Assembly: GCA_031255835.1 (NCBI GenBank)
Contig: JAIRRT010000192.1
Span: 1 to 40,716, forward strand
Direction: 5' to 3'
Source of the DNA: Bifidobacteriaceae bacterium
Lineage (GTDB): Bacteria; Actinomycetota; Actinomycetes; Actinomycetales; WQXJ01
DNA length: 40,716 nt
Part shown: positions 15,548-23,201 of the stretch, piece by piece
Position numbering within the stretch: the stretch's first letter is position 1
Layout of the letters: each line of letters starts with the position of its first letter
Notes under the pieces: model-generated
The model's database searches: none
What the model was told of the DNA's origin: nothing
Seen by the model: only the letters and a program-made list of their open reading frames with translations
Position numbers and translations under genes: made by a program

Positions 15548-15823
15548 TCCGCCGATGGCGTTCAGACGTTGGGGGTGTTCGCCCTGTAGCGCGTGCGTTG
15601 GGTAGGGGTTCGATGCCGCTGGCGGCATGCCTTTTGGAGCCGGTCACCGAATTCTTCTGGGGATGATGCGTGTGGTCCAGGGTTTCGTGATGTCGGTGGG
15701 TTTGGTGGTGGTCCGGTTCCCAGACGTCGCGTGGTTCGGATCCCGGACCTGGGTGCGGACAAGGAGGTGTGCGGGCGTGCCTCCTCCAACCTCACCATCC
15801 AGTGTGTGGACGGCCTGATCGGA
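15548..15823. repeat. Head module of a modular intergenic repeat element (left copy), homologous to 39766-40211
   Basis: Blocks of nucleotide identity are shared with the right-hand copy. The shared blocks are gccgatg.cg.tca.acgttggg, gtaggggttcgatgccgctggcggcatgcctttt, ggtcaccg, tctggggatgatgcgtgtggtc...ttcgtgatgtcggtgggtttggtggtggtccggttcccagacgtcg.gtggttcggatcc, and acctcacc immediately before the tandem array. Confidence 0.8.
15613..15635 (+). terminator. Possible intrinsic-terminator-like hairpin inside the head module
   Basis: The inverted repeat is ATGCCGC-tg-GCGGCAT (15613-15628), followed by gcc and TTTT (15632-15635). The sequence is identical in the right-hand copy (39828-39850). 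The stem is short and the U-tract is only 4 nt long, so this call is weak. Confidence 0.3.
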
Positions 15824-16130
15824 GGTGCTTAACTGACCAATTGAGCCGCCTGGCTCGCCAATTGGTCACTTAAGCACATCCACCTCGACGGGCCTGAGCA
15901 CAAGCGGGCAGGTGAACGGCCTGGTCGGAGGTGCTTAACTGACCAATTGAGCCGCCTGGCTCGCCAATTGGTCACTTAAGCACATCCACCCCGACGGGGC
16001 TGAGCACAAGCGGGCAGGCGAACGGCCCGGTGGGGAGTGCTTAACTGACCAATTGAGCCGCCTCCCACGCCAATTGGTCACTTAAGCACATCCACCTCGA
16101 TGGGGCTGAGCACGGCAGGGCACGCAGGAA
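15824..16130. repeat. Tandem array of 3 units of 106 bp, each containing an imperfect palindrome of about 53 nt (left locus)
   Basis: The landmark gcttaa recurs at 15827, 15933 and 16039, giving a period of exactly 106 bp. In unit 1 the left arm GTGCTTAACTGACCAATTG is at 15825-15843, the loop agccgcctggctcgc is at 15844-15858, and the right arm CAATTGGTCACTTAAGCAC is at 15859-15877. The third unit degenerates after about 16115. Confidence 0.9.
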
Positions 16131-16428
16131 GACTGAGCGAACTTGGGAACTGCTGGACCAGAGGCAGCATCCCCAGACAATCCAAGGTGACCATCTCTGT
16201 CGGTCTTGCCGCCAGGAGCACTGACCCACTACGCACCGACGGCGTTACCCAACGGAGCACCCAGGTTTGGACGGCATCGGCGACCGGAAGTGCTCAGCCC
16301 TGGGCTCGGGGTGGGGGGTTCTACTTGGGGGCGGGCGTGAGGTGGGGGGTTGTGGGGGGGAAGGGGGATAGGGTGGCTTGCGGGGCGGCTTTGGGTGCCG
16401 CTAGGGGACTAGGACAGGAGCACTCCAC

Positions 16429-17277
16429 ATGTCTATTGGGTTCATTGGCGCGGGCAACATGGCTGGCGCGATCATCCGCGGGATTGTCGGATCGGGGTAT
16501 GCGCCGGCTGCGCGGATATTGGCTTACGACCCTCATGCGCCGACTCTGGACGCGCTTGTTGAGCAGACCGGGATTGTGCCGGTGGCCGGGAATCCTGAGG
16601 TGATTGCGGCCGATACAACCGTTGTGCTGGCGGTAAAACCGCAGGTCATCCCGCGGGTCATGGAGGAGGTGGCTGCACAGATTGTTGCTGCCAGGCCCCT
16701 GGTCATCTCGATTGCCGCGGGCACGCCAATCCAGTCTCTGGAACGCTGGCTGGGCCCTGAGCAGCCAATTGTCCGCGCCATGCCGAACGTCAACGCCCAG
16801 GTGCGCCAAGCCGTCACAGCAGTGGCCGGAAACGGCGCCACCACGCCGGAGCAACTCGCCACGGCCAAGGCGATCTTCACCTCGGTTGGCGAGGTGGTCG
16901 AGTTGGATGAGTCGCTGTTCCGGGCGTTCGCGGCGTTGGCCGGCTCCTCCCCAGCCTGGACGTTCCTGTACATCGACGCACTCGCCCGCGGTGGCGTGGC
17001 AGCCGGGATGCCCAAAGCCCTGGCGCTGCAAATCGCCGCGAAAGCGGTTGCCGGCTCTGCTGCCCTCCTGGCCGATGGCGGCGCTCACCCTTGGGAGTTG
17101 ATCGACCAAGTGTCCTCCCCGGCGGGCACAACAATCGCTGGGTTGACCGTCCTGGAGGAGAAGGGCCTGTCAAGCGCTGTGCTTGGCGCCGTCGCCGCGA
17201 CCATGCGGCGTGAAGAGATGATCGCCCGGAAGAACCGCCCGCCCCGCCGCCCACGAAACCGCCCCGAGATCCCGTGA
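16429..17277 (+). CDS. proC: Pyrroline-5-carboxylate reductase
   Basis: The ORF is 282 aa, with AGGAG 9 nt upstream of the ATG. It has the NADP motif IGFIGAGNMAGAII, then VLAVKPQ, RAMPN and the C-terminal motif VSSPAGTTIAGL. A basic Pro/Arg tail is present. Confidence 0.9.
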   Translation: MSIGFIGAGNMAGAIIRGIVGSGYAPAARILAYDPHAPTLDALVEQTGIVPVAGNPEVIAADTTVVLAVKPQVIPRVMEEVAAQIVAARPLVISIAAGTPIQSLERWLGPEQPIVRAMPNVNAQVRQAVTAVAGNGATTPEQLATAKAIFTSVGEVVELDESLFRAFAALAGSSPAWTFLYIDALARGGVAAGMPKALALQIAAKAVAGSAALLADGGAHPWELIDQVSSPAGTTIAGLTVLEEKGLSSAVLGAVAATMRREEMIARKNRPPRRPRNRPEIP

Positions 17278-17819
17278 GCCGTTCCCAGACCGCGGGCCCG
17301 CGGATCCTGACCGTCTGCACCGGCAACATCTGCCGCTCGCCGATGGCGCAAACCGTCCTGCAGGACAGGCTGGAGGCTGCCGGCCTGGCCGCCACAGTCG
17401 ATTCCGCCGCGGTGTCAGATGAAGAGTGGGGCAACCCAATCGACCCTCGGGCGCGCCGCGTGCTGGAGCAAGCCGGATACACCGTGCCGGACCACAAGGC
17501 CCGCCGGATTGATCCAGATGACTTTGCCGACTATGACCTGATAATCGTCATGACGTTCCGCCACCATCTGATCCTGAGGCACCTGGCGGAGCGGGTCGGC
17601 GCAGGTGATCCACCGCTGCGGATGCTGCGGCAATTCGACCACCCAGACATCGAAACCGAACCATCGCCCGAGTTCGACATTGATGACCCGTGGTACGGAG
17701 ATCTGTCTGATTTTGAGAGGACTTTGGCGCAGATTGAGGCCGCCGCGCCTGGCGTGTTGACTTGGGTGGAACGCCAACTTGGGACCAACAACCCTGATCA
17801 TGGCAACGGCGCAGGGTAA
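17274..17819 (+). CDS. Low-molecular-weight protein-tyrosine phosphatase
   Basis: The ORF is 181 aa. Its GTG start overlaps the proC stop (GTGA). It has the P-loop LTVCTGNICRSPMA (CX5R-S) and the Asp-loop DDPWYG. Confidence 0.85.
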   Translation: MSRSQTAGPRILTVCTGNICRSPMAQTVLQDRLEAAGLAATVDSAAVSDEEWGNPIDPRARRVLEQAGYTVPDHKARRIDPDDFADYDLIIVMTFRHHLILRHLAERVGAGDPPLRMLRQFDHPDIETEPSPEFDIDDPWYGDLSDFERTLAQIEAAAPGVLTWVERQLGTNNPDHGNGAG

Positions 17820-17882
17820 GCTATGCCGCGCTGCCGGGTGAGCCTCCCAAAACCATCCAAACCATTCGAGGGGACCTGACAT

Positions 17883-20138
17883 ATGTCACAGCAGACTGCA
17901 CTGAACGTGCGTCGCATGCTCGCCCTGGTTATTGCATCGGCTGTTGTTGCCGTCACCGTGGGTGTCGCAGCGCCCGGATGGGCGGCGCCCACCGTGCCCG
18001 CCCCGACGCTTGCAGACCCCGCAAACCCGGATGTTGACGCCTCCACTTTGGTGGCGATTCCCGTCATCGGCGGCACCTCTCAGGAGGCGGTCCAGGTGGT
18101 TCTTGCGGCGGATAACCAGGCCCAAGTGGACCTGCCCACGGACGATGGCGGCCCAATCGCCATCCATACATCCCAGTCCCGTGCGCCGGGTCTGGCTGGC
18201 GAGCTGATGGCCTCAGGTCTGTTTGAAGCGGTCGACTATGACATGCAGCGCTACCCGTCCGATGCCGACTACACCGCCACCCCAAACGATCCGATGTTCA
18301 ACAACACCTACGGGTGGGGCCTGAAAGAGGCGCCAGGGTCAAACCTTTCCAGCTTGTGGCCAACACTGAGCAGCGCAAGGCCAGGTTCGGCCGCCCCAAT
18401 CGCGGTGATCGATTCAGGCTTTGTGGCTGCACATGACGATCTGGGTTCCTGGGTTGTGCCGAAGTGGGATTACGGCGATGACGATGCCGATGTTGTGCCC
18501 ACCGGACCAAACGCCAACTTCCATGGCACGCAGGTGGCGTCAATCATCGGCGCCATTCCGAACAACGCATTGGGTGTGGCCGGGGCCGGATGGGATACCC
18601 CGGTGTGGTGCTACAAAGTGGCAGATGAGAGCGGGATTGTGCGTGATTCCGCCATTTCCCAAGCCATCGATGCGGCCGTGCGCGATGGCGCCAAAGTGAT
18701 CAACATTTCAATGGGCGGCGCCGGGATGTCCCAGGCGATGAAGGCCGCCGTTGAACGTGCCCACTCCCAAGGCGTGGTTGTGGTGGCGGCAGCCGGCCAG
18801 ACCAATGACACTGATCCCACCGACTCCCAACTTGGACAGATGCACTATCCGGCATCGTTCCCCACTGTCGTTTCTGTGGCAGGCCTCAGGCCGGACGGTT
18901 CGGTGCTGCCAAACGGCTACCACAACACGCTGGTGGATCTGGCTGGGCCGGCATCGAAGGTCGGCATCCTGGTTGATGGCAACGGTGAGGCCTACGGCGT
19001 TGGCACAAGCTTCGCCGCGCCTCACGTGGCGGCCACAGCAGCGCTGCTGTTCAGGCACCGTCCGGACCTTTCACCTGACGCGGTCATTGAAGCGATAGTC
19101 TCCACAGCTCGTGATGTTGCCTCCACCGGCGCTGGGGTGGACCCGTACACCGGCGCCGGTTCTCTCGACGCCGCAGCAGCTTTGCGCAAAGCCACCGCGA
19201 CCGTTGGCCCGGCATCCAGACTGTCTGTGACGCCGTCAGCTCAAGCCACGCTTGCCGATAGGCCCATCTCGGTCGCCTTGGCCGCCTGGGATCTGGCCGA
19301 CAACCCGGTTCCAACCACCAAGGCAACCGTGACCTTCTCACTCGGCACAGGCTGCACATTCGCGGTGGGCACCAGCCCGGCCGTGCGGACCTGCACAATC
19401 ACAGCGCGCCAGGATGGCGCCCAAGCTCAGGCGACCGTCGCGGTATTCGACATCTCCGCGCTGCGCCGCGTCTCAATCTCAGGCAACCCAGTGCCAGGTG
19501 GCGTGCTCGCCCTGGCCGCGCCATCAGGGTGGCCGGCAGACGCCATCACCTGGCAGTGGACCCAGGCTGGCGCGGCGGTACCTGGCGCCATCGGCACCAG
19601 CTACACCCTGCCCGCCAATGCGGCTCCGGGCTTGCTGATCGGCGTCATCTGGACACTCCAACATCGCGGCCTGACCACTTCCGGTCACATCGATGCCCAA
19701 GCAGTGGTGCGTGATCCCAACGCACAAGGAGGCGGTGATTCCCCAGGCGGCGGCCAGCCGGGTGATGTGAAGGATCCTGGAGTCAGCTCCCCGCCTGGCC
19801 GCGACAGGTCAAAGGGAGTCACAAACCCGCCAGACACAAACCAGCCCGGGGCAACTCCCACTGCCAAGAAGGCAACCGCCAAGGTGACCCTCGCCCGCAA
19901 AGGTCGCAGCGTCATCGTGCGGGTCAAGGTGGCTGGGATCAGCAAACCGACTGGCAAGCTGCGTGTGAAGTTCGGCAAGACCACAGTCCGCGCAACCATG
20001 AAGGCCAGCGCAAAGGGTGTGGTCAAGGTGACCGTGCCCAAGAAGATTCGCGGCAAGGTCAAAGTGACTGCTGTGCTGGACGCGACCACCAAGATCGCCA
20101 AAGCGGTTTCCAAGACAAAGCGCCTTACATTCGTTTAG
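17883..20138 (+). CDS. Secreted S8 (subtilisin-like) serine protease with Ig-like C-terminal domains and a Lys-rich tail
   Basis: The ORF is 751 aa, with GAGGGGA upstream of the ATG. The signal peptide is MLALVIASAVVAVTVGVAAPGWA. The catalytic triad contexts are IAVIDSGF (Asp), FHGTQVASIIG (His) and GTSFAAPHVAATAALL (Ser). The C-terminus is KVTLARKGRSVIVRVKVAGISKPTGKLRVKFGKTTVRATMKASAKGVVKVTVPKK, and no LPXTG motif is present. Confidence 0.9.
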   Translation: MSQQTALNVRRMLALVIASAVVAVTVGVAAPGWAAPTVPAPTLADPANPDVDASTLVAIPVIGGTSQEAVQVVLAADNQAQVDLPTDDGGPIAIHTSQSRAPGLAGELMASGLFEAVDYDMQRYPSDADYTATPNDPMFNNTYGWGLKEAPGSNLSSLWPTLSSARPGSAAPIAVIDSGFVAAHDDLGSWVVPKWDYGDDDADVVPTGPNANFHGTQVASIIGAIPNNALGVAGAGWDTPVWCYKVADESGIVRDSAISQAIDAAVRDGAKVINISMGGAGMSQAMKAAVERAHSQGVVVVAAAGQTNDTDPTDSQLGQMHYPASFPTVVSVAGLRPDGSVLPNGYHNTLVDLAGPASKVGILVDGNGEAYGVGTSFAAPHVAATAALLFRHRPDLSPDAVIEAIVSTARDVASTGAGVDPYTGAGSLDAAAALRKATATVGPASRLSVTPSAQATLADRPISVALAAWDLADNPVPTTKATVTFSLGTGCTFAVGTSPAVRTCTITARQDGAQAQATVAVFDISALRRVSISGNPVPGGVLALAAPSGWPADAITWQWTQAGAAVPGAIGTSYTLPANAAPGLLIGVIWTLQHRGLTTSGHIDAQAVVRDPNAQGGGDSPGGGQPGDVKDPGVSSPPGRDRSKGVTNPPDTNQPGATPTAKKATAKVTLARKGRSVIVRVKVAGISKPTGKLRVKFGKTTVRATMKASAKGVVKVTVPKKIRGKVKVTAVLDATTKIAKAVSKTKRLTFV

Positions 20139-20243
20139 CCTGTTGACCAGGCAAAACGCACCGCGCCGCATCATGGTCTCGCGTGTGCCAACTCCGCTGT
20201 CCGTGTTGGGGTTACCGCGGCGCGGCAGGGCGGTCGCGTAGGG

Positions 20244-20855
20244 TTGGGGATTGTGGAGCCCTACCCTATTTCTGCTGACGGTCTTGTCCTGGATGAACTG
20301 CGTATTGAGGACGTCGAGCGCGTCCGCGCCTACTGCCAGGACCCTGACATCCGGATGTGGACCCAGATCCCGATGCCGTATGGCCGGGCTGACGCCCACG
20401 AGTACATCACTGGCAAGCAGATCGATGCCTGGCATGCCGATACCGAGCGGACGTGGGCCATCCGCGAGCCCGTTGGGGCGGCCTCGTTGCGGCTGGCTGG
20501 GGCGGTTTCGCTGAAGCTGGACAAATGCGGGTCAGGGGAGATCGGCTTCCTGCTGGCGCCCGATTCGCGCGGCCGTGGGCTGGCCACCGTCGCGGTCCGT
20601 GCCGTTGTGCGCCACGCTTTGGACCCGGCCGGGATTGGGCTGCGGCGCGTGGTTTGGAAGGCGGCCGTGGGCAACTGGGCGTCGCGCCAGGTGGCGGTCC
20701 GGGCCGGCTTCACCGTCGAGGGCACCATCCGCTCAGAGTGCATCCTGCACGGCCGGGCACGCGACGCCTGGGTTGGCACCGTGGTGCTGGGGGACCGATC
20801 AATCGAGGACGGCACCTGGGCTGACGTGCCTGTCCAGCCCTTCCCCGGTGCCTGA
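20244..20855 (+). CDS. GNAT-family N-acetyltransferase (RimJ/RimL-like)
   Basis: The ORF is 203 aa with a TTG start at 20244 (alternative GTG at 20253). The acetyl-CoA motif context is GFLLAPDSRGRGLATVAVRAVVRHAL, followed by NWASRQVAVRAGFTVEGTIR. Confidence 0.75.
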   Translation: MGIVEPYPISADGLVLDELRIEDVERVRAYCQDPDIRMWTQIPMPYGRADAHEYITGKQIDAWHADTERTWAIREPVGAASLRLAGAVSLKLDKCGSGEIGFLLAPDSRGRGLATVAVRAVVRHALDPAGIGLRRVVWKAAVGNWASRQVAVRAGFTVEGTIRSECILHGRARDAWVGTVVLGDRSIEDGTWADVPVQPFPGA

Positions 20856-22267
20856 TGATGCACGATGACGCAAGTGCAGTTGGCGGGGTAGGTGCAGGCT
20901 GTGGGGGCGGGCCGGAAGGCGGCGGCGGGCCGGGAGGCGGTGGCGCGAGCCCCGCACCGGACCGGGAGGAGTTGGCGGCGGCGGCAGTCGACGCCACCTG
21001 CCAGCTGATCCGCGTCGACACAACAAACACCGGCGGCGATGATTCACGCGGCGAACGTCAGGCCGCCGAATGGGTGATGGAGCAGCTCACCGAAGTCGGC
21101 TATCAGCCGGTTTACATCGAATCACGCCCCGGGCGCGCCAACGTCTTTCTGCGCCTGGCTGGCACCGAGCCCAACCGGCCCGCTTTGGTGGTTCACGGGC
21201 ACCTCGACGTTGTGCCAGCCGATGCCAGCGAATGGTCCCATCCGCCATTTGGCGGGATCATCGATGACGCCATGATCTGGGGCCGCGGCGCTGTCGATAT
21301 GAAAGACATGGTCGGCATGATGGTCGCCTGCGCTCGCGATATGGCGTTGACCGGTTGGCGCCCGCGCCGGGACATCATTTTGGCTTTCTTTGCCGATGAG
21401 GAATCGAGCGGCGTATGGGGCGCCCAATGGTGCGTGCGGCACCACCCAGAGTTCTTTGACGGCGCCGATGAGGCAATTGGTGAGGTGGGCGGGTTTTCAG
21501 CCGTTGTGGCGGGCCGGCGTGCATACCTGATCCAGACTGCCGAGAAAGGCCTGATGTGGCTGCGGCTGATCCAACGCGGCACCCCCGGCCATGGAAGCGT
21601 CACCAATCCCGACAACGCCGTAACCCACCTGGCCGATGCCGTATCCCGCCTGGCCGCCCACCGCTGGCCAGTCGAGATCAGCACCCCGGTGGAGGGCCTG
21701 CTGCGCGGCGTGGCCGAGTTGGTGGGCCGGCCCTACGCGGATGATCCCGAAACACTTGCTGAGCTGCTGGCCGCACTCGGTCCGGTTAGACGATTTGTGG
21801 AACCGTCACTTGCGGCATCGTGCAATCCGACTGGGTTGAAGGCGGGATACAAGGCCAACGTGGTGCCGTCGGTAGCGGAGGCGACTTTGGACGTTCGGCC
21901 GCTGCCTGGGCAGGGTGACCAGACGCTGGAGCGGATAAGACAGTTGGCGGGTACGGGCACTCGCGTTGAGCCGATTCACCGCGGGATTGGGGTGGAGGCG
22001 CCGTTTGAGGTTCCGCTGGTTGCTGCGATGGCGCAGGCGTTGGGGCGGGCTGATCCAGATGGTGTGGTGTTGCCGTATCTGCTGCCGGCTGGCACTGATG
22101 CGAAGTCGCTGTCCGAGTTGGGGATCAGGTCATATGGGTTTGTGCCGCTGCGGTTGGCGGCTGATTTCGACTTCACCGCCATGTTCCACGGCCTGGATGA
22201 GCGAGTCCCAGTTGCCGCAGTCGAGTTCGGTGTGGGCGTCCTAGCCGACTTCCTGGCCAACTGCTAG
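20855..22267 (+). CDS. M20/M25/M40-family metallopeptidase (dipeptidase/deacylase-like)
   Basis: The ORF is 470 aa. The metal-ligand motifs are VVHGHLDVVPA, GRGAVDMKD and FFADEESSG, and the C-terminal motif is PAGTDAK. The ATG overlaps the GNAT stop by 1 nt. The first 35 aa or so are Gly-rich low complexity, so the true start is uncertain. Confidence 0.8.
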   Translation: MMHDDASAVGGVGAGCGGGPEGGGGPGGGGASPAPDREELAAAAVDATCQLIRVDTTNTGGDDSRGERQAAEWVMEQLTEVGYQPVYIESRPGRANVFLRLAGTEPNRPALVVHGHLDVVPADASEWSHPPFGGIIDDAMIWGRGAVDMKDMVGMMVACARDMALTGWRPRRDIILAFFADEESSGVWGAQWCVRHHPEFFDGADEAIGEVGGFSAVVAGRRAYLIQTAEKGLMWLRLIQRGTPGHGSVTNPDNAVTHLADAVSRLAAHRWPVEISTPVEGLLRGVAELVGRPYADDPETLAELLAALGPVRRFVEPSLAASCNPTGLKAGYKANVVPSVAEATLDVRPLPGQGDQTLERIRQLAGTGTRVEPIHRGIGVEAPFEVPLVAAMAQALGRADPDGVVLPYLLPAGTDAKSLSELGIRSYGFVPLRLAADFDFTAMFHGLDERVPVAAVEFGVGVLADFLANC

Positions 22268-22277
22268 CCGCCAGCCC

Positions 22278-22323
22278 CCCGGCGCTCCGGGCGCGGTGGG
22301 CGCAGCGGGTGCGGCATCCCGCT
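22278..22323. terminator. Two short GC hairpins between the convergent M20 and uppP genes (possible bidirectional terminator)
   Basis: The hairpins are CCCGG-cgct-CCGGG at 22278-22291 and GCGGG-tgcggcat-CCCGC at 22305-22322. Neither has a clear U-tract. Confidence 0.25.
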
Positions 22324-22326
22324 CCC

Positions 22327-23151
22327 CTAGAGCGGCGCGATTACTCCGGTGGCCAACAATGCGAACACCACAACACCCAAACCCACCCGATACAACACAA
22401 ACGGACGGAACGAATAAGTCGAGATAATCCGCAAGAAAGCCACAATCACCAAATAGCCGACACCGAACGCCAGAACAGCGGCAGTCAGAGTTGGGAACCA
22501 GCCCGGCAGGGCACCGGGCTCACCCAGGGAAGTGGCCAACTCGAACAGGCCAGAACCGAAGACTGCCGGCATGGCCAGAAGGAAAGAATAGCGGGCGGCC
22601 GCCTGGCGGGTGTATCCCATGAACAGGCCGGCCGCGATGGTCCCGCCGGAGCGTGAAACGCCTGGGATCAGGGCTAACGCTTGGGCAAAGCCGTAGATGA
22701 TCCCGTCCCGCGGGGTCAACTGCTTCAGCGTCAACCGGCCTGTGACCCGGGAATCAGCCCACCCTAGAACCAGACCGAAAACCACAAGCATTGTGGCAGT
22801 GATGTACAGATTGCGCAAATGTGTTTCAATAGCATCTTGGAATAGCAAACCGCCAGCCACAATCGGCACAGAACCAATAACAATCAGCCAGCCCAGCCGG
22901 GATTCGGGACTGTGTTGACCATGCCAAACAGACCGCCAAACCCCGCGCACAATAGCCACAACCTCACGCCAGAAATACACCAATACCGCCAACTCGGTAC
23001 CCAACTGGATCACAGCGGTGAACGCCGCCCCAGGATCGGCCCCTGACGGCAGGAACGCCCCGAGCAGACGCAGGTGTGCGGAGGAGGAGATCGGCAGGAA
23101 CTCGGTGAGCCCCTGAAGCACCCCCATGACCACGGCTTCCCACAGACTCAC
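22327..23151 (-). CDS. uppP: Undecaprenyl-diphosphate phosphatase
   Basis: The ORF is 274 aa and polytopic. It has the hallmark N-terminal motif VLQGLTEFLPISSSAHL and the later motif PGVSRSGGTI. Confidence 0.9.
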   Translation of the reverse strand: MSLWEAVVMGVLQGLTEFLPISSSAHLRLLGAFLPSGADPGAAFTAVIQLGTELAVLVYFWREVVAIVRGVWRSVWHGQHSPESRLGWLIVIGSVPIVAGGLLFQDAIETHLRNLYITATMLVVFGLVLGWADSRVTGRLTLKQLTPRDGIIYGFAQALALIPGVSRSGGTIAAGLFMGYTRQAAARYSFLLAMPAVFGSGLFELATSLGEPGALPGWFPTLTAAVLAFGVGYLVIVAFLRIISTYSFRPFVLYRVGLGVVVFALLATGVIAPL

Positions 23152-23201
23152 CCCGGCAGGGTAGCGGAAGGCGCGGACAATCCTGGCTAAGGTCGGGCGC
23201 T

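Noticed and set aside
15600-15640. A tRNA or tRNA-fragment (att-site) reading of GGGGTTCGATGCC, and of GTGGTTCGGATCC at 15728-15742.
   Set aside because: The flanking bases cannot form a 5-bp T-stem around a 7-nt loop. There is no acceptor, D or anticodon arm, and no integrase nearby. The resemblance is limited to the GTTCGA hexamer.
15627-15818. Small ORFs inside the head modules that look conserved between the two loci. Examples are the plus-strand MPFGAGHRILLGMMRVVQGFVMSVGLVVVRF... versus 39877-40209, and the minus-strand 15562-15798 versus 39780-40016, which share GDRLQKACRQRHRTPTQ.
   Set aside because: The conservation is at nucleotide level and shows up in several frames and on both strands at once. 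The copies differ by indels and by a 173-bp internal duplication, which would disrupt any single ORF. No RBS is present. These ORFs are best explained as non-coding repeat sequence.
15824-16130. A CRISPR-array reading of the 106-bp repeats. The same applies to 40212-40716.
   Set aside because: The period of 106 bp is far longer than a CRISPR repeat plus spacer. The would-be spacers are themselves about 85-95 percent conserved between units and between the two loci. No cas genes are present in the window.
20139-20243. An intrinsic terminator after the S8 protease gene (GCCTG-ttgac-CAGGC).
   Set aside because: The stem is only 5 bp and is followed by AAAA instead of a T-run on the transcribed strand. 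It is not convincing.
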